The notes beneath the pieces were generated by a model. It was not told where the DNA came from, did no database searches, and worked only from the letters and a program-made list of their open reading frames with translations. From an uncultured Trueperaceae bacterium (GTDB taxonomy: Bacteria > Deinococcota > Deinococci > Deinococcales > Trueperaceae): a DNA stretch of 64,000 nt. The stretch lies in the NCBI GenBank assembly GCA_963815215.1, contig CAWFFU010000011.1, positions 416,001-480,000 of the forward strand. The letters are read 5' to 3'. Shown piece after piece: positions 1-9,727 of this stretch (positions are counted from its first letter, which is position 1; the number at the start of each line of letters is the position of its first letter). The position numbers and the translations under genes were made by a program.

Positions 1-1
1 G

Positions 2-769
2 GCACTCGAGGCGGCCGGCGCCGAACCGCATCGCGGGGGCCTCGCCGACCTCGATGCACTGCGGGCGGGCGCTGCCCGGGCCGACGGGCTGATCCACCTG
101 GCCTTCGGCCACGACTTCACGAGCCCCGACGCCATCGCGCGAGCGATCGCCGAGGAGAACCGCGCCCTCGAGGCCCTGGGCGACGCGGTGATCGGCAGCG
201 GCCGCCCCTTGGTCACCGTCTCGGGGACGCCGCAGGTTCCAGGACGCCCCTCCACCGAACGCGACCCGTTGCCGACCGACGGCCCGATGGCCGGCCGCAG
301 CCGCTCCGTGGCGGCCGTACTGGCCCTCGCCTCTCGTGGCGTCCGCAGCAGCGCGGTGCGCATGCCGCGCACGGTCCACAGCCAGGGCGGTGGCGGCTTC
401 GCCGGCATGTTGACGCAGATCGCGCGCCGCACGCGGGTCTCCGGCTACCCGGGCGACGGCACCCAGCGCTGGCCTGCCGTCCACGCACGCGACGCCGCCG
501 TCCTCCTCCGTCTCGCCCTCGAGCGAGCAGAGCCGGGCACGAGCTGGCATGCCGTGGCCGACGAGGGCGACGCGGTACGCGACATCGCCACGGTCGTCGG
601 CCGGCGCCTGGGCCTGCCGGTCAAGGCCGTGCCTCAGGAAACCTACGGACCGCTCGGGCCGGTCTTCGCCGCGGATCAACCCTCTTCCAGCACGCACACC
701 CGTGCCACCCTCGGGTGGCAGCCGACCCACCCGAGCCTCCTCAGCGACCTCGAGAACCTCCAACCCTGA
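2..769 (+). CDS. NAD-dependent epimerase/dehydratase (extended SDR), 5' part outside window
   Basis: Frame is open from base 2 (ALEAAGAEPHRGGLADLDALRAGAARADGLIHLAFGHDF) into the 188..769 ORF; typical C-terminus (WPAVHARDAA, SSTHTRATLGWQP). Confidence 0.85.
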   Translation, partial: ALEAAGAEPHRGGLADLDALRAGAARADGLIHLAFGHDFTSPDAIARAIAEENRALEALGDAVIGSGRPLVTVSGTPQVPGRPSTERDPLPTDGPMAGRSRSVAAVLALASRGVRSSAVRMPRTVHSQGGGGFAGMLTQIARRTRVSGYPGDGTQRWPAVHARDAAVLLRLALERAEPGTSWHAVADEGDAVRDIATVVGRRLGLPVKAVPQETYGPLGPVFAADQPSSSTHTRATLGWQPTHPSLLSDLENLQP

Positions 770-817
770 GCGGCGCCAGCCTCGACGGTGCGTGAAGGGT
801 TCTCGCGCGGCGTGGCC

Positions 818-880
818 TCACCCCCGCAGGCGCCCGCGCGACTCCTGGGCGGGGTGCTGGATGATGTACGCCAACCACCC
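818..880 (-). pseudogene. Isolated 3' fragment (last 20 codons plus stop) of a paralog of the 17251..17724 gene
   Basis: Encodes GWLAYIIQHPAQESRGRLRG* versus GWLAYLIQHPDQESRGRLRG* at 17251; 52/63 nt identical by manual alignment. Confidence 0.8.
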
Positions 881-1193
881 GGTGGTGCAACGATCCCTAG
901 AATCCGCCTCCGGTTTCGTGGACAGGAACGAGCTTGGCAACGGACGCCTGACCGCGAGCCTTCCGAACACCGGCCCATTCCGGCATCCGGGGTCATAGGA
1001 ATGGGCCCACAGGCAGCTCATGCGCTCGCAGCGCGATCTCAAACCGAGTGGCGCGACGCTAGCGACGCTGGCAGCCCATCACCCGCAGACTCCATGCGAA
1101 CCCAGCGAGCGCCATGACGGGAGAACTACGCCCTAAACGTCTTCGAGGGCGGACGCCAAACCAGATACCCGCTGTCGGTCGCACCTTCCGACG

Positions 1194-2504
1194 CTATGGC
1201 GTGTGGATCGGCAAGTTCGCCGGTGGTGGACTGAATGCGATCATCATTCCATCGGCGGCCGGCACCGAGGGAATGACGACATCCGGTGTGGGCGATACGC
1301 TGCCAATCAATGCGCCGGGATTGGTGAACCGCAGCAGCTGCTGCGCGCCGGAATCCCCGACCCACAAGGCGCCGCTGGCATCGAGGGCCACGCCTCCGGG
1401 CTGGGCGCCGCTACTGAACGAGCCCCCACCGATGGTCGCAGCCGGCGTAGGGTTGCCCGTCGACGCCAGCTGGGCGGCGTCGAAGCGCACCACCGTCGGC
1501 GAGCTGGTGGTGTAGTTCGCAACCCACAGGTTCCCGGTGGTGTCAAAGGCGAGTCCGACCGGATTCACCAGGCTCGGCGTGGAGTCCGCGCTGATCGTCA
1601 CAGCTGGCGTAGGGTTGCCCGAAGCAGCCAGCTGCGAGGACGTGTACTGTACCAGCGTCTTGGTGGTGAAGTTCGCGACCCACAGGTCGCCAGAGGCGTC
1701 GAAGGCAATCCCGGTCGGGCTTGCCAGGCTCGGTGTAGAGTCCGCGGTGATCGTCACCGAAGGCGTGGGGCTGCCCGAAGCAGCCAGCTGCGAGGGCGTG
1801 TAACGCACGAGCGTGCTGGCGCTATAGTTGCTGACCCATAGGTTGCCGGAAGCATCAAAGGCAAGGCCAATCGGATATGCCAGGCTCGGCGTGGAGTCCG
1901 CGCTGATCGTCACCGAAGGTGTGGGCGTACCAGAGCTACCGAGATCGGCCGCGTCGTACCGGTACACGTGGCCGGACCAGTCGTCGACCCACAAGTTGCC
2001 CGAACCGTCGAAGGCTACCGCCTCCGCCTGGTTGCCGCCGCCAGCGATGGTCACGTCCGGGCTGGGCGAGCCCGACGCAGCAAGGCTGCCGCCCGGGTAC
2101 GACACGGCCAAACCACTCCCACCAAATGACGGCACCCAAAGATGACCCGAGCCGATCCGCAGCATGTAACTCGCGACCGTGGACGCGGTCGCGTTGGCCG
2201 CCACCGCTATCGACGAGGATGTCGCACTGCCGTCGTACGAAGTCGGCACGATTGCATCCGTGTTCGACACCGACCCGACTGCCACCGAATACGTGCCCAG
2301 TTCGAGATTGGACAACGTGGTCGTGGCCGTGACGGCCATCGAGTACCCGCCCGGGCCCGTCACCATCACGCTTCCGTCGATGCCTGCCGGCAAACCGCTG
2401 ACCGTCACCTCGAGACTACCCGTCGGGCTGGAAGAACAGGCGGCCAGCACCAGCACCAGACCGGTCGCGAGCACCGACAGCACAACAACACGTACACGAC
2501 GCAT
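1194..2504 (-). CDS. Lipoprotein with Ig-like N-terminal region and NHL/Vgb-like beta-propeller repeats
   Basis: Signal peptide with lipobox LAAC; repeated GLAFDxSGNLWVxN blades; GAAGGGAG SD before MRRVRV. Confidence 0.8.
   Translation of the reverse strand: MRRVRVVVLSVLATGLVLVLAACSSSPTGSLEVTVSGLPAGIDGSVMVTGPGGYSMAVTATTTLSNLELGTYSVAVGSVSNTDAIVPTSYDGSATSSSIAVAANATASTVASYMLRIGSGHLWVPSFGGSGLAVSYPGGSLAASGSPSPDVTIAGGGNQAEAVAFDGSGNLWVDDWSGHVYRYDAADLGSSGTPTPSVTISADSTPSLAYPIGLAFDASGNLWVSNYSASTLVRYTPSQLAASGSPTPSVTITADSTPSLASPTGIAFDASGDLWVANFTTKTLVQYTSSQLAASGNPTPAVTISADSTPSLVNPVGLAFDTTGNLWVANYTTSSPTVVRFDAAQLASTGNPTPAATIGGGSFSSGAQPGGVALDASGALWVGDSGAQQLLRFTNPGALIGSVSPTPDVVIPSVPAADGMMIAFSPPPANLPIHTP
1568..1912. 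repeat. Intragenic 156-bp (52-aa) tandem repeat, three close copies
   Basis: CCAGGCTCGG(C/T)GT(G/A)GAGTCCGCG(C/G)TGATCGTCA starts at 1568, 1724 and 1880. Confidence 0.9.
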
Positions 2505-2940
2505 GGAGACTCCCTTCATATTGTTCTCACGCGCCCCACCCTAGCAGAGGTGCGTTCGGCAAGCCAGCGAGCATCTTGGGACGTCCACGAAGCCCCTCGT
2601 CCCCCAACAGGTGGTCCTTGCAGCCTGAACAGACGACAGTGTCCTGGAGGAAGCAACACACGTCAGGACGTGACCGAGTACGGGTATGGCACGATCACAG
2701 CTTGACAAGTGCGCAATCCCGGCAACCACTCGCTGGATAGCGTCCGCCGCGCTCGATCGGGCCGGTCGAGTTGTGTGCCAGTATGCGTGCGAGCTCACGA
2801 GACGGCACGGCCCGAACGCGTGCGCAAGTCTGGGTTTCGTCTCGGCTCGAAAGTGGGCCGTCGCACTGTCGTTCGCGGGAACAGCCATCGCCGCGACGCC
2901 GGGTGTTCGACAGCGACGTCGGCAGGTCCTCGGAATCCCC

Positions 2941-2984
2941 ACCTGTGGAGATGCTCTCTGCGTCTCGAGGGAGCATCTCCAGGT
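2941..2984. other. Intergenic hairpin
   Basis: GGAGATGCTC (2947-2956) pairs with GAGCATCTCC (2971-2980), extendable by ACCT/AGGT. Confidence 0.5.
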
Positions 2985-3397
2985 CCTCCGAGCCCGAACA
3001 TCGGCAGCTACGTGCAGGTGCGCCGGCCGGAAGGGGCACCACATGGCGTGGGGCAAGACGGATCAGAATCCATGCACGTTTGACCTAAAGCGACGCCGTG
3101 GCACGCCGCTCAGTGCGAACCGTTGACCACCTTCCGAAGGAGCGTCGCTACCGGCGATGGCACCGGTTCTGACTCTTGCATCTAGAGTCGAATCCCCGCG
3201 TAGGCTCTCGCGACCCGGCCGCCAAGCCGTCCACTCCTGCCGCCGACGCTCAGACGCGCCCTGGCTTCCGCGAACAGCCTGCCCGAACCTCCACGTCCGC
3301 CGCACCCTTCGGAACCGCCCACGGAAGCCCACCGGTCCCATGAAGCCGGAAGCCACAACTCGTTCGTGTTGTTAACCGACTGTGTACGACTCCTCCT

Positions 3398-4129
3398 CTA
3401 CGAACGGGCTAGCGGCAATCTCGCTTGGATTCCATCCAGCAGGCATGAAAGCCCGCGTTCGAACAGCTCATCTGGATGGGCATGCTCGGCCTGCGTGACG
3501 ATCCTCTCCAGCATCGGGAACTCGCCTGTGGCCAGTTGCCGTTGAAGGTACGGCCAGGTGGCGTTCTCCCATTGGTATCGGCTCACGCCGGTGTTGAACT
3601 CGCTGCTCTCCGTGCGGATCGCTCCGACCGCGTAGGCGTTGACGGCGCTGACTGCGAACATGGCGATATCGATGTCTTCCATAGCGCTCGTCCGATCAAG
3701 CGCCTGATAGCTGGCCTCCAGGAACCTCAACGCGTTGGGACCGAGATGGGGCCGGCCGCCCAGCAGATCGACGAACCACTTGTGGGCCTGCCAGGCTCGC
3801 CGCGTGCGCCGCGCCATCTCAGCAAGCACCTCACGCCAATCTCCACCGAGTGGCCCCATGTCTGCGATCTCTCCGAACACCTCGTCCGTCAACAGATCGA
3901 GAAGTTCCTCCTTGGTCGCCACGAATCCATACAGGCGCATGTGTGAGGCCTTCACGGCCGCCGCAACATTTCGTATCGAGACGGCGTCCAAGCCGTCTGC
4001 ATCCGCGATCTCCATGGCAGCGGCCACGACCTTCACCCGGCTGAGTGGCGTCGGCGCCGCGCGGCTGACAGGATCGGCTCTCTCCCAGACGATGGGCGCG
4101 CTCTTCTTGGACTTCCGCTGAGAACTCAT
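3398..4129 (-). CDS. TetR family regulator (TetR_C-type C-terminus)
   Basis: HTH AAAMEIADADGLDAVSIRNVAAAV...LYGFVATKEELL; C-terminal FERGLSCLLDGI. Confidence 0.9.
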   Translation of the reverse strand: MSSQRKSKKSAPIVWERADPVSRAAPTPLSRVKVVAAAMEIADADGLDAVSIRNVAAAVKASHMRLYGFVATKEELLDLLTDEVFGEIADMGPLGGDWREVLAEMARRTRRAWQAHKWFVDLLGGRPHLGPNALRFLEASYQALDRTSAMEDIDIAMFAVSAVNAYAVGAIRTESSEFNTGVSRYQWENATWPYLQRQLATGEFPMLERIVTQAEHAHPDELFERGLSCLLDGIQARLPLARS

Positions 4130-4195
4130 CGCTCAACTTCGCATGTGCGGCTCACGTTCCGCAAGAGCCTGGTGAAGTCTACACCGTCCGTCACA

Positions 4196-4206
4196 ATACA
4201 CTGTAT
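4196..4206. promoter_or_regulatory. Putative TetR operator between divergent genes
   Basis: ATACA-C-TGTAT palindrome in the tetR/esterase intergenic region. Confidence 0.5.
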
Positions 4207-4309
4207 ACTCGATGCTGGCGCCCGAACCCGGCAAGGTCTCGCCAGGAGACCCATGAGCTCGGACGCGGCCGTCCATCGGCTCTAGCGGACGCCTGGAGAG
4301 GAGATCACG

Positions 4310-5353
4310 ATGACGAAGCAAGACCATGCCAACGACACCCTGCCGCGCATGGACAAGCTCGCCCAGCTTCGTGTCGACGAGGACGGAACCGTCCACGTGC
4401 CGCAGATGACGGTCCCCGTGTCGCCCTACCTCAGCCCGGAAGCCAAGGCATGGGTCGCCGAGCACCTGCGCCAGAACCAGACACCCGAGTTGCAGCGACG
4501 AGTGGACGGAAACCCTGTCTTCCTTCAGCCATACATCGACCGCATGCACGAGCTGTATCCCACCGAGCGGAGCGACACCAGCATCGGTGGCGTGCACGTC
4601 TACGACTACACGCCCGCCGAAGGGATCTCAGAGCGCAATCGGAACCGCGTCCTGATCGAACTGCACGCAGGGGCCTTCCACGAGGGCTGGCCGTCGACCG
4701 CAGAGCTGCAATCGATGCCCATCGCAAGCCTCGCACGCATCCGGGTCATCGCGGTGAACTACAGGAAAGCTCCGGAACACACCTTCCCCGCAGCCAGCGA
4801 AGACGTGGCAGCGGTCTACAAGGAGCTATTGAAGACCTACCCGGCAGAGAACATCGGGATCTTCGGTTACTCGGCCGGCGGCCAGCTAGCGGCCATGGCG
4901 ACCGCGTGGTTCCAGATGCACGGCCTGCCACGACCAGGCGCCCTCGGCATCTACTCGGCAGGCGCCACCCCAAATGGGCCCGGCGACAGCAGCTACATTG
5001 CCGCACCCATCGGCGAAGCCGCGCCGCCACCACGCCCGAACGGCAACGACTCCAGACGGAAACCATCGGGATACCTCGGCAACGCTGACAGAAACGACCC
5101 ACTCGTCGCTCCCGTCAGATCAGACGAGGTGCTGTCCCGTTTCCCGCCGACCCAAGTGATCACCGGAACCCGGCACTTCGACCTCAGTTCCGCTGTCTAC
5201 ACCCACACCCGCCTCGTCAAGCTCGGCGTTGAAGCAGACCTGCACGTCTGGGAAGGTCTATTCCACGTCTTCTTCATCAACCCCGATGTCCCGGAGTCAC
5301 GCGACGCCTACGACGTGATGATCCGCTTCTTCGACAAGCACCTGGGGCAATGA
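4310..5353 (+). CDS. Alpha/beta hydrolase, HSL-like esterase
   Basis: HAGAF oxyanion-like motif, YRKAPEH, GYSAGG nucleophile elbow, C-terminal WEGLFHVF. Confidence 0.88.
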   Translation: MTKQDHANDTLPRMDKLAQLRVDEDGTVHVPQMTVPVSPYLSPEAKAWVAEHLRQNQTPELQRRVDGNPVFLQPYIDRMHELYPTERSDTSIGGVHVYDYTPAEGISERNRNRVLIELHAGAFHEGWPSTAELQSMPIASLARIRVIAVNYRKAPEHTFPAASEDVAAVYKELLKTYPAENIGIFGYSAGGQLAAMATAWFQMHGLPRPGALGIYSAGATPNGPGDSSYIAAPIGEAAPPPRPNGNDSRRKPSGYLGNADRNDPLVAPVRSDEVLSRFPPTQVITGTRHFDLSSAVYTHTRLVKLGVEADLHVWEGLFHVFFINPDVPESRDAYDVMIRFFDKHLGQ

Positions 5354-5524
5354 TTCCCAACGATTCACGCGGGCACGGCGACTTGATCAGCGGAGGCCGT
5401 ACACCCCCCCTCGACGACCCGAGCCCCACCAACGTCGACACGGCAGGCAGACACTCGACACCGGATCCCGCCAAGGCAGACCAAGCGAAAGCACCGTCTC
5501 CGCAAGGCCCAGTGCGGTTCCCGA

Positions 5525-6367
5525 TCAGGTGGGGATGCGATTGAACGAGTCGGGATTGGGACCGGTGCGCCCGGCCTCTCCGCGGTCCAGCCCGGTCAGT
5601 GCCTGCATGGCGGGGTTGTCGAGCTCGAAGTCGAAGAGCGCGAGGTTCTCGCGCATCCTGGACGGCGTCACCGTCTTCGGGAACACCACGTCCCCGCGCT
5701 GGACGTGCCACCGGAGCACCACCTGTGCAGGCGTTCGCCCGACCCGGTCGGCGATCCCGCGGACGGTGGGATCTCCCAGGACCTCCCCTTGCGCGATCGG
5801 CGACCACGCTTCGGTCACGATGCCGTGCGCCTGCCCGTAGGCTCTGACCTCATCGTTGGCGAAGTAGGGGTGAACTTCGATCTGGTTGACCGCCGGCGTG
5901 GTGTCGGTGTCTGCGGCCAGGCGCTCGAGGTGAACGATCTGGAAGTTCGACACGCCGATCGATCGCGCGCGGCCATCGCGCTTGAACTCCTCGAGCGCCC
6001 GCCAGGTGGAGACGAAATCACCGTCGTAGAGCCCGGGCAGCGGCCAGTGCACCAGGAACAGGTCCACCTCGTCGAAGCCGAGCTCCACCAAAGTGCGATC
6101 GAAGGCCCTGCGGGCGTCGTCGGGACGATGGAAGCCGTTGTTCAACTTGCTCGTCACGAACACCTCGGACCGGGGCACGCCCGAAGCGCGGATGCCTTCG
6201 CCGACCCCGCGCTCGTTGCCGTACATCTCGGCGGTATCGATGTGCCGGTAGCCGACATCCAGAGCCTGTGCGACGGCCTGCGCCGTGTCCGCAGGGGGGA
6301 TCTGGAACACCCCGAATCCGAGCTGCGGGAGGGGGCGGCCGTCGTTGAGCTTGATGGATGGGATCAC
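5525..6367 (-). CDS. Aldo/keto reductase (2,5-diketo-D-gluconate reductase-like)
   Basis: GYRHIDTAEMYGNE, LFLVHWP, SIGVSNF, NQIEVHP, AWSPI. Confidence 0.92.
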   Translation of the reverse strand: MIPSIKLNDGRPLPQLGFGVFQIPPADTAQAVAQALDVGYRHIDTAEMYGNERGVGEGIRASGVPRSEVFVTSKLNNGFHRPDDARRAFDRTLVELGFDEVDLFLVHWPLPGLYDGDFVSTWRALEEFKRDGRARSIGVSNFQIVHLERLAADTDTTPAVNQIEVHPYFANDEVRAYGQAHGIVTEAWSPIAQGEVLGDPTVRGIADRVGRTPAQVVLRWHVQRGDVVFPKTVTPSRMRENLALFDFELDNPAMQALTGLDRGEAGRTGPNPDSFNRIPT

Positions 6368-6461
6368 GTTGTACCTACCTTCGCTGAAGAGGCCGCGCGC
6401 TCGATCCGGTCGAGCCAGGCCCGGGATGGTGTCGCGCCCCCGATATCCTGCCGAATCGCCG

Positions 6462-7991
6462 TCATGATCGGACGATACCGTGCCTGCTGGGTAGATCCGT
6501 CAGCCGGTGCACGACGCCACGCGTCTGCTCGTAGAGTTCGAGGTACGAGCTGTACAGATCCTCGTAGAGGTCCGCGTAGTCGCTCCTGGGTTCGACCTGC
6601 CGCCCCTCGCGTACCCAGTGGCGCAGGTCATCGCGCGAGACCAGACCGGCACCGAGCCCCGCAAGGAAGGCGTCGCCGTAGCTCGCCCCGATCGTCGTCT
6701 CCGGGATCTCCTGCACGACGCCGCTGATGTCGGAGACGATCTGCGGCCAGAGGTCGGTCCGTGTCCCGCCACCGACCGAGACGACGCGCTTCACGGGCAT
6801 GCCCAACGACTGGAAGGTCTCGAGATTGTGCCGGATCCCGAAGCCCACGCCCTCCAGCGCAGCTCGGAAGACGTGGCCCCGCCCGTGGGACAACCCGAGC
6901 CCGGCCAGAACGCCCCGCGCCTTGGGATCCTGGATGGGGGTTCGTTCGCCACTGAAGTAGGGCAGCAATAGCAAACCGCCGGCCCCGGGTCCAACCTCCC
7001 TGGCCTCCTCGAACAGGACGCGGTATGCCTCCTCAGCGCCCAGTTCCTTCGCCATCGTGTCTCGAAGCCAGCGCGTAAGCTCACCGGTCGTTGCCATTCC
7101 CGCAGCCATGTTGTACTGCCCCTTGAAGGCGCCTGCCGTCGTCCATGTGATCGGGTTCGGCCTCGGTTCGTCCAACACCAGGATGAAGAACGTCGTCGAG
7201 CCGTACATGATCATGAGGTCACCCTGATCGACAACGCCCACGCTGATCGCTTCGCTAAGCGCGTCGACCGCCCCTGCCGTGACCGATGTCCCTTCCGGGA
7301 GGCCGGTCTGCCGAGAGGCTTCGGCCGTCACAAGGCCCGCCACCTCATCGGACCACTTGAGGTCGGGCAACATGGCTCGCGGGGCCACGTGCTCCATGTA
7401 GGCGTCCGACCATTCGAAGGTTCGATGGTCGAACAGCGGCACGTAGTGACTCGCGGTGTGACGGTCCATGACCAGTTCACCCGTAAGCTTGGCGATGATG
7501 TACGACGAAGCCGTGGTCAGGTAGCGCGTCTTCTTCCAGACATCCGGTTCCTCCTGTTGGATCCATCGGATCTTCGGCCCAACGGCCTGACTCGTCAGCG
7601 CCATCCCCGAGATCTCCATGATCGCGTCGGGACCGATGGCCTTGTTGAGCTCATCGATCTGGCTCGATGCGCGGACGTCGACGCCGTACAGGATGCCCGG
7701 TCTCAAAGGGCGGAAGCTTGCGTCGAGCGGCACCACGCACGGCCCGATGGCACTGATCCCAACCGCACGGACATCCGAGCCCCGGAACGTCCCGTTGCCG
7801 AAGAAGCTGCTGCAGACCTTCACGACGTCCCCCCACCACGTGCCCTCAGCGTCGTGCTCGGCCCAACCCGGTCGCGGCACCTGCATCCCGTGGGGTACTT
7901 CGTGCCTGGCGACGATGTCACCCGCCTGCGTCACCAACACTCCCTTGGTGCTGTTGGTGCCGACGTCGATGCCCAACAAAAGGTCACCCAC
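6462..7991 (-). CDS. FGGY family carbohydrate kinase (xylulokinase-like)
   Basis: GIDVGTNSTK, PYFSGERTP, GGG, GASYGDA. Confidence 0.92.
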   Translation of the reverse strand: MGDLLLGIDVGTNSTKGVLVTQAGDIVARHEVPHGMQVPRPGWAEHDAEGTWWGDVVKVCSSFFGNGTFRGSDVRAVGISAIGPCVVPLDASFRPLRPGILYGVDVRASSQIDELNKAIGPDAIMEISGMALTSQAVGPKIRWIQQEEPDVWKKTRYLTTASSYIIAKLTGELVMDRHTASHYVPLFDHRTFEWSDAYMEHVAPRAMLPDLKWSDEVAGLVTAEASRQTGLPEGTSVTAGAVDALSEAISVGVVDQGDLMIMYGSTTFFILVLDEPRPNPITWTTAGAFKGQYNMAAGMATTGELTRWLRDTMAKELGAEEAYRVLFEEAREVGPGAGGLLLLPYFSGERTPIQDPKARGVLAGLGLSHGRGHVFRAALEGVGFGIRHNLETFQSLGMPVKRVVSVGGGTRTDLWPQIVSDISGVVQEIPETTIGASYGDAFLAGLGAGLVSRDDLRHWVREGRQVEPRSDYADLYEDLYSSYLELYEQTRGVVHRLTDLPSRHGIVRS

Positions 7992-8065
7992 GGTCTACCC
8001 ACCCCCCTCTTCTGGCGCGGAAGATGCAATGCCAGGATGCACGAAGCGAAGGAAGCCTCTCATGA

Positions 8066-8833
8066 TCACCAGGCGGTGTATCCGCCATCGACCACCACGT
8101 TGGAGCCCGTGACGTACCGCGCAGCGTCCGACGCGAGGTATTGAACGGCTGTCGCCACGTCGTGCGGATCGCCGACGCGCCCGAATGGGGTCATCTCGAA
8201 CCAGGTACGTCGCCACGCCTCGTTGCTGAGCCCTAGCTTCGTCAGTTCGGTGCCGATATAGCCTGGGGAGACGGAGTTCACGCGCACGTTGAACTCCGCC
8301 CACTCAACCGCAAGCGATTTCGTGAGCATGATGACGGCCGCCTTCGAGGTGTTGTAGTGCGACTGGGGCTGCGGCTTGTTCACCACGAGGCCCGACATGG
8401 ACGCGATGTTGACGATCGAGCCCCGACCCGCGGCCACCATCTTCCTGCCGAACTCGCGAGAGCAATAGAACACGCCGTTCAGGTTCACATCGAGGATGTC
8501 CGTCCACTCCTCATCGCTGATTTCGAGCACGGGCGTGTTCCTCACGATGCCCGCGTTGTTGACGAGAACGTCGACCTTGTCGAACGCCTCGAAGACGCGC
8601 TCCACGACGTCCCTGACAGCGGCCGAGTCACGTACGTCGAGTTCGAACGCCAGATGGCCACGTCCGTTCTTCTCGCGCAGTTCCTGAGCTGCCGCTTCCG
8701 CCTTGGCACCATCGATATCGAGCAGAGCGACGGTAGCTCCTGCCTCCGCCAGCGTCCTGGCGATCTCCCAGCCGATGCCCTGGGCGGCCCCTGTCACGAC
8801 GACGTGTTGACGGTCTAGCTGGAAGTCACTCAC
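8066..8833 (-). CDS. SDR oxidoreductase, polyol dehydrogenase-like
   Basis: TGAAQGIG, NNAG, SMSGLVVNKPQPQSHYNTSK (YxxxK). Confidence 0.9.
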   Translation of the reverse strand: MSDFQLDRQHVVVTGAAQGIGWEIARTLAEAGATVALLDIDGAKAEAAAQELREKNGRGHLAFELDVRDSAAVRDVVERVFEAFDKVDVLVNNAGIVRNTPVLEISDEEWTDILDVNLNGVFYCSREFGRKMVAAGRGSIVNIASMSGLVVNKPQPQSHYNTSKAAVIMLTKSLAVEWAEFNVRVNSVSPGYIGTELTKLGLSNEAWRRTWFEMTPFGRVGDPHDVATAVQYLASDAARYVTGSNVVVDGGYTAW

Positions 8834-8941
8834 TCTGGTCTCCTACCGATCGCGATCGCTCGCGGCGGGCTCTGCGCCACATCCTGGAAGCGAACCGGAT
8901 CCTCGACCCGAGCCGCCGCAGCGAGGGAAGATAACGGCACC

Positions 8942-8968
8942 GGCGGGTGACGCAGTGCGTCACCCGCC
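8942..8968. other. Intra-operon perfect 13-bp inverted repeat
   Basis: GGCGGGTGACGCA-G-TGCGTCACCCGCC. Confidence 0.7.
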
Positions 8969-8974
8969 CAAGGT

Positions 8975-9700
8975 TCACACCAATTTGAGGATCCTGGCGA
9001 TGTTCCCCCCCATCACGAGATCGTACGCAGCCTCGTCGGGAGCGACGCGCTCCATCTTCTTCACTTCCCACTCGTAGTCGACGAACGGCGAATCCGTGCC
9101 GAAGATGACCTTCTCCGGACCCAGCGCCTTGACCGCTTCCGTAATCTCGAAGACCGGCGCGCGCGATGTCTCCAGGAACAGGTTTCCCAGTCCCTTGGCC
9201 AGCTCTATGGCCTGCTGGAAGAGCCAGAAGGTCCCCATGTGCGCCATGAGCAACGGCACCTCGGGGAACGTCCTGGCCATCTCCGCGAACTCGAGCGGGC
9301 TGTTGTAGAGGTCGCTCGCGCCGTGCACGATGATCGGAACGTCATGGTCGGCCGCGACCCTGAAGATCGGGTCCACCATCCCATGGTCGGCAAGGTGGTA
9401 GCCGTGCAACGTCGGGTGGAGCTTGACCCCCTTGAACCCTGCCTCGCCGAGCCAGCGGCTCGCCTCAGCGACCGCCTTGTCGCTGTCCCACGGGTTGACC
9501 GAGCAGAACGGGATGAGACGCTCGGGGAAGGCGCGCGCATACTCCTGCATGGGCTCGTTCGAGAACGACCCCTCGACGAACGGGAAGATGACCGCCCTGT
9601 CGATGTGCGCGGCGTCCAGTTTCGCGACCAGGTCCGCTCCGGTCTGCTTCGCCCCGTAGCGGATACCGGCATGGTTGTGTGCGTCGATTCTCATCGCCAT
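8975..9700 (-). CDS. Amidohydrolase family 2 protein
   Basis: IDAHNH, GVKLHP, IIVHG, LMAHMG, FGTDSPF metal-ligand motifs. Confidence 0.88.
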   Translation of the reverse strand: MAMRIDAHNHAGIRYGAKQTGADLVAKLDAAHIDRAVIFPFVEGSFSNEPMQEYARAFPERLIPFCSVNPWDSDKAVAEASRWLGEAGFKGVKLHPTLHGYHLADHGMVDPIFRVAADHDVPIIVHGASDLYNSPLEFAEMARTFPEVPLLMAHMGTFWLFQQAIELAKGLGNLFLETSRAPVFEITEAVKALGPEKVIFGTDSPFVDYEWEVKKMERVAPDEAAYDLVMGGNIARILKLV

Positions 9701-9727
9701 GTACGTTCCCCTTTCCAGCTCCGACCC

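Noticed and set aside
2820..2870. GAAA-capped stem resembling a c-di-GMP-I riboswitch
   Set aside because: Lacks the flanking GCAAA elements and second stem in the expected spacing; too weak without a covariance search.
3171..3206. MerR-like promoter (TTGCAT, 19-nt spacer, TAGGCT)
   Set aside because: The dyad in the spacer is poor and no credible downstream gene or MerR regulator is nearby.
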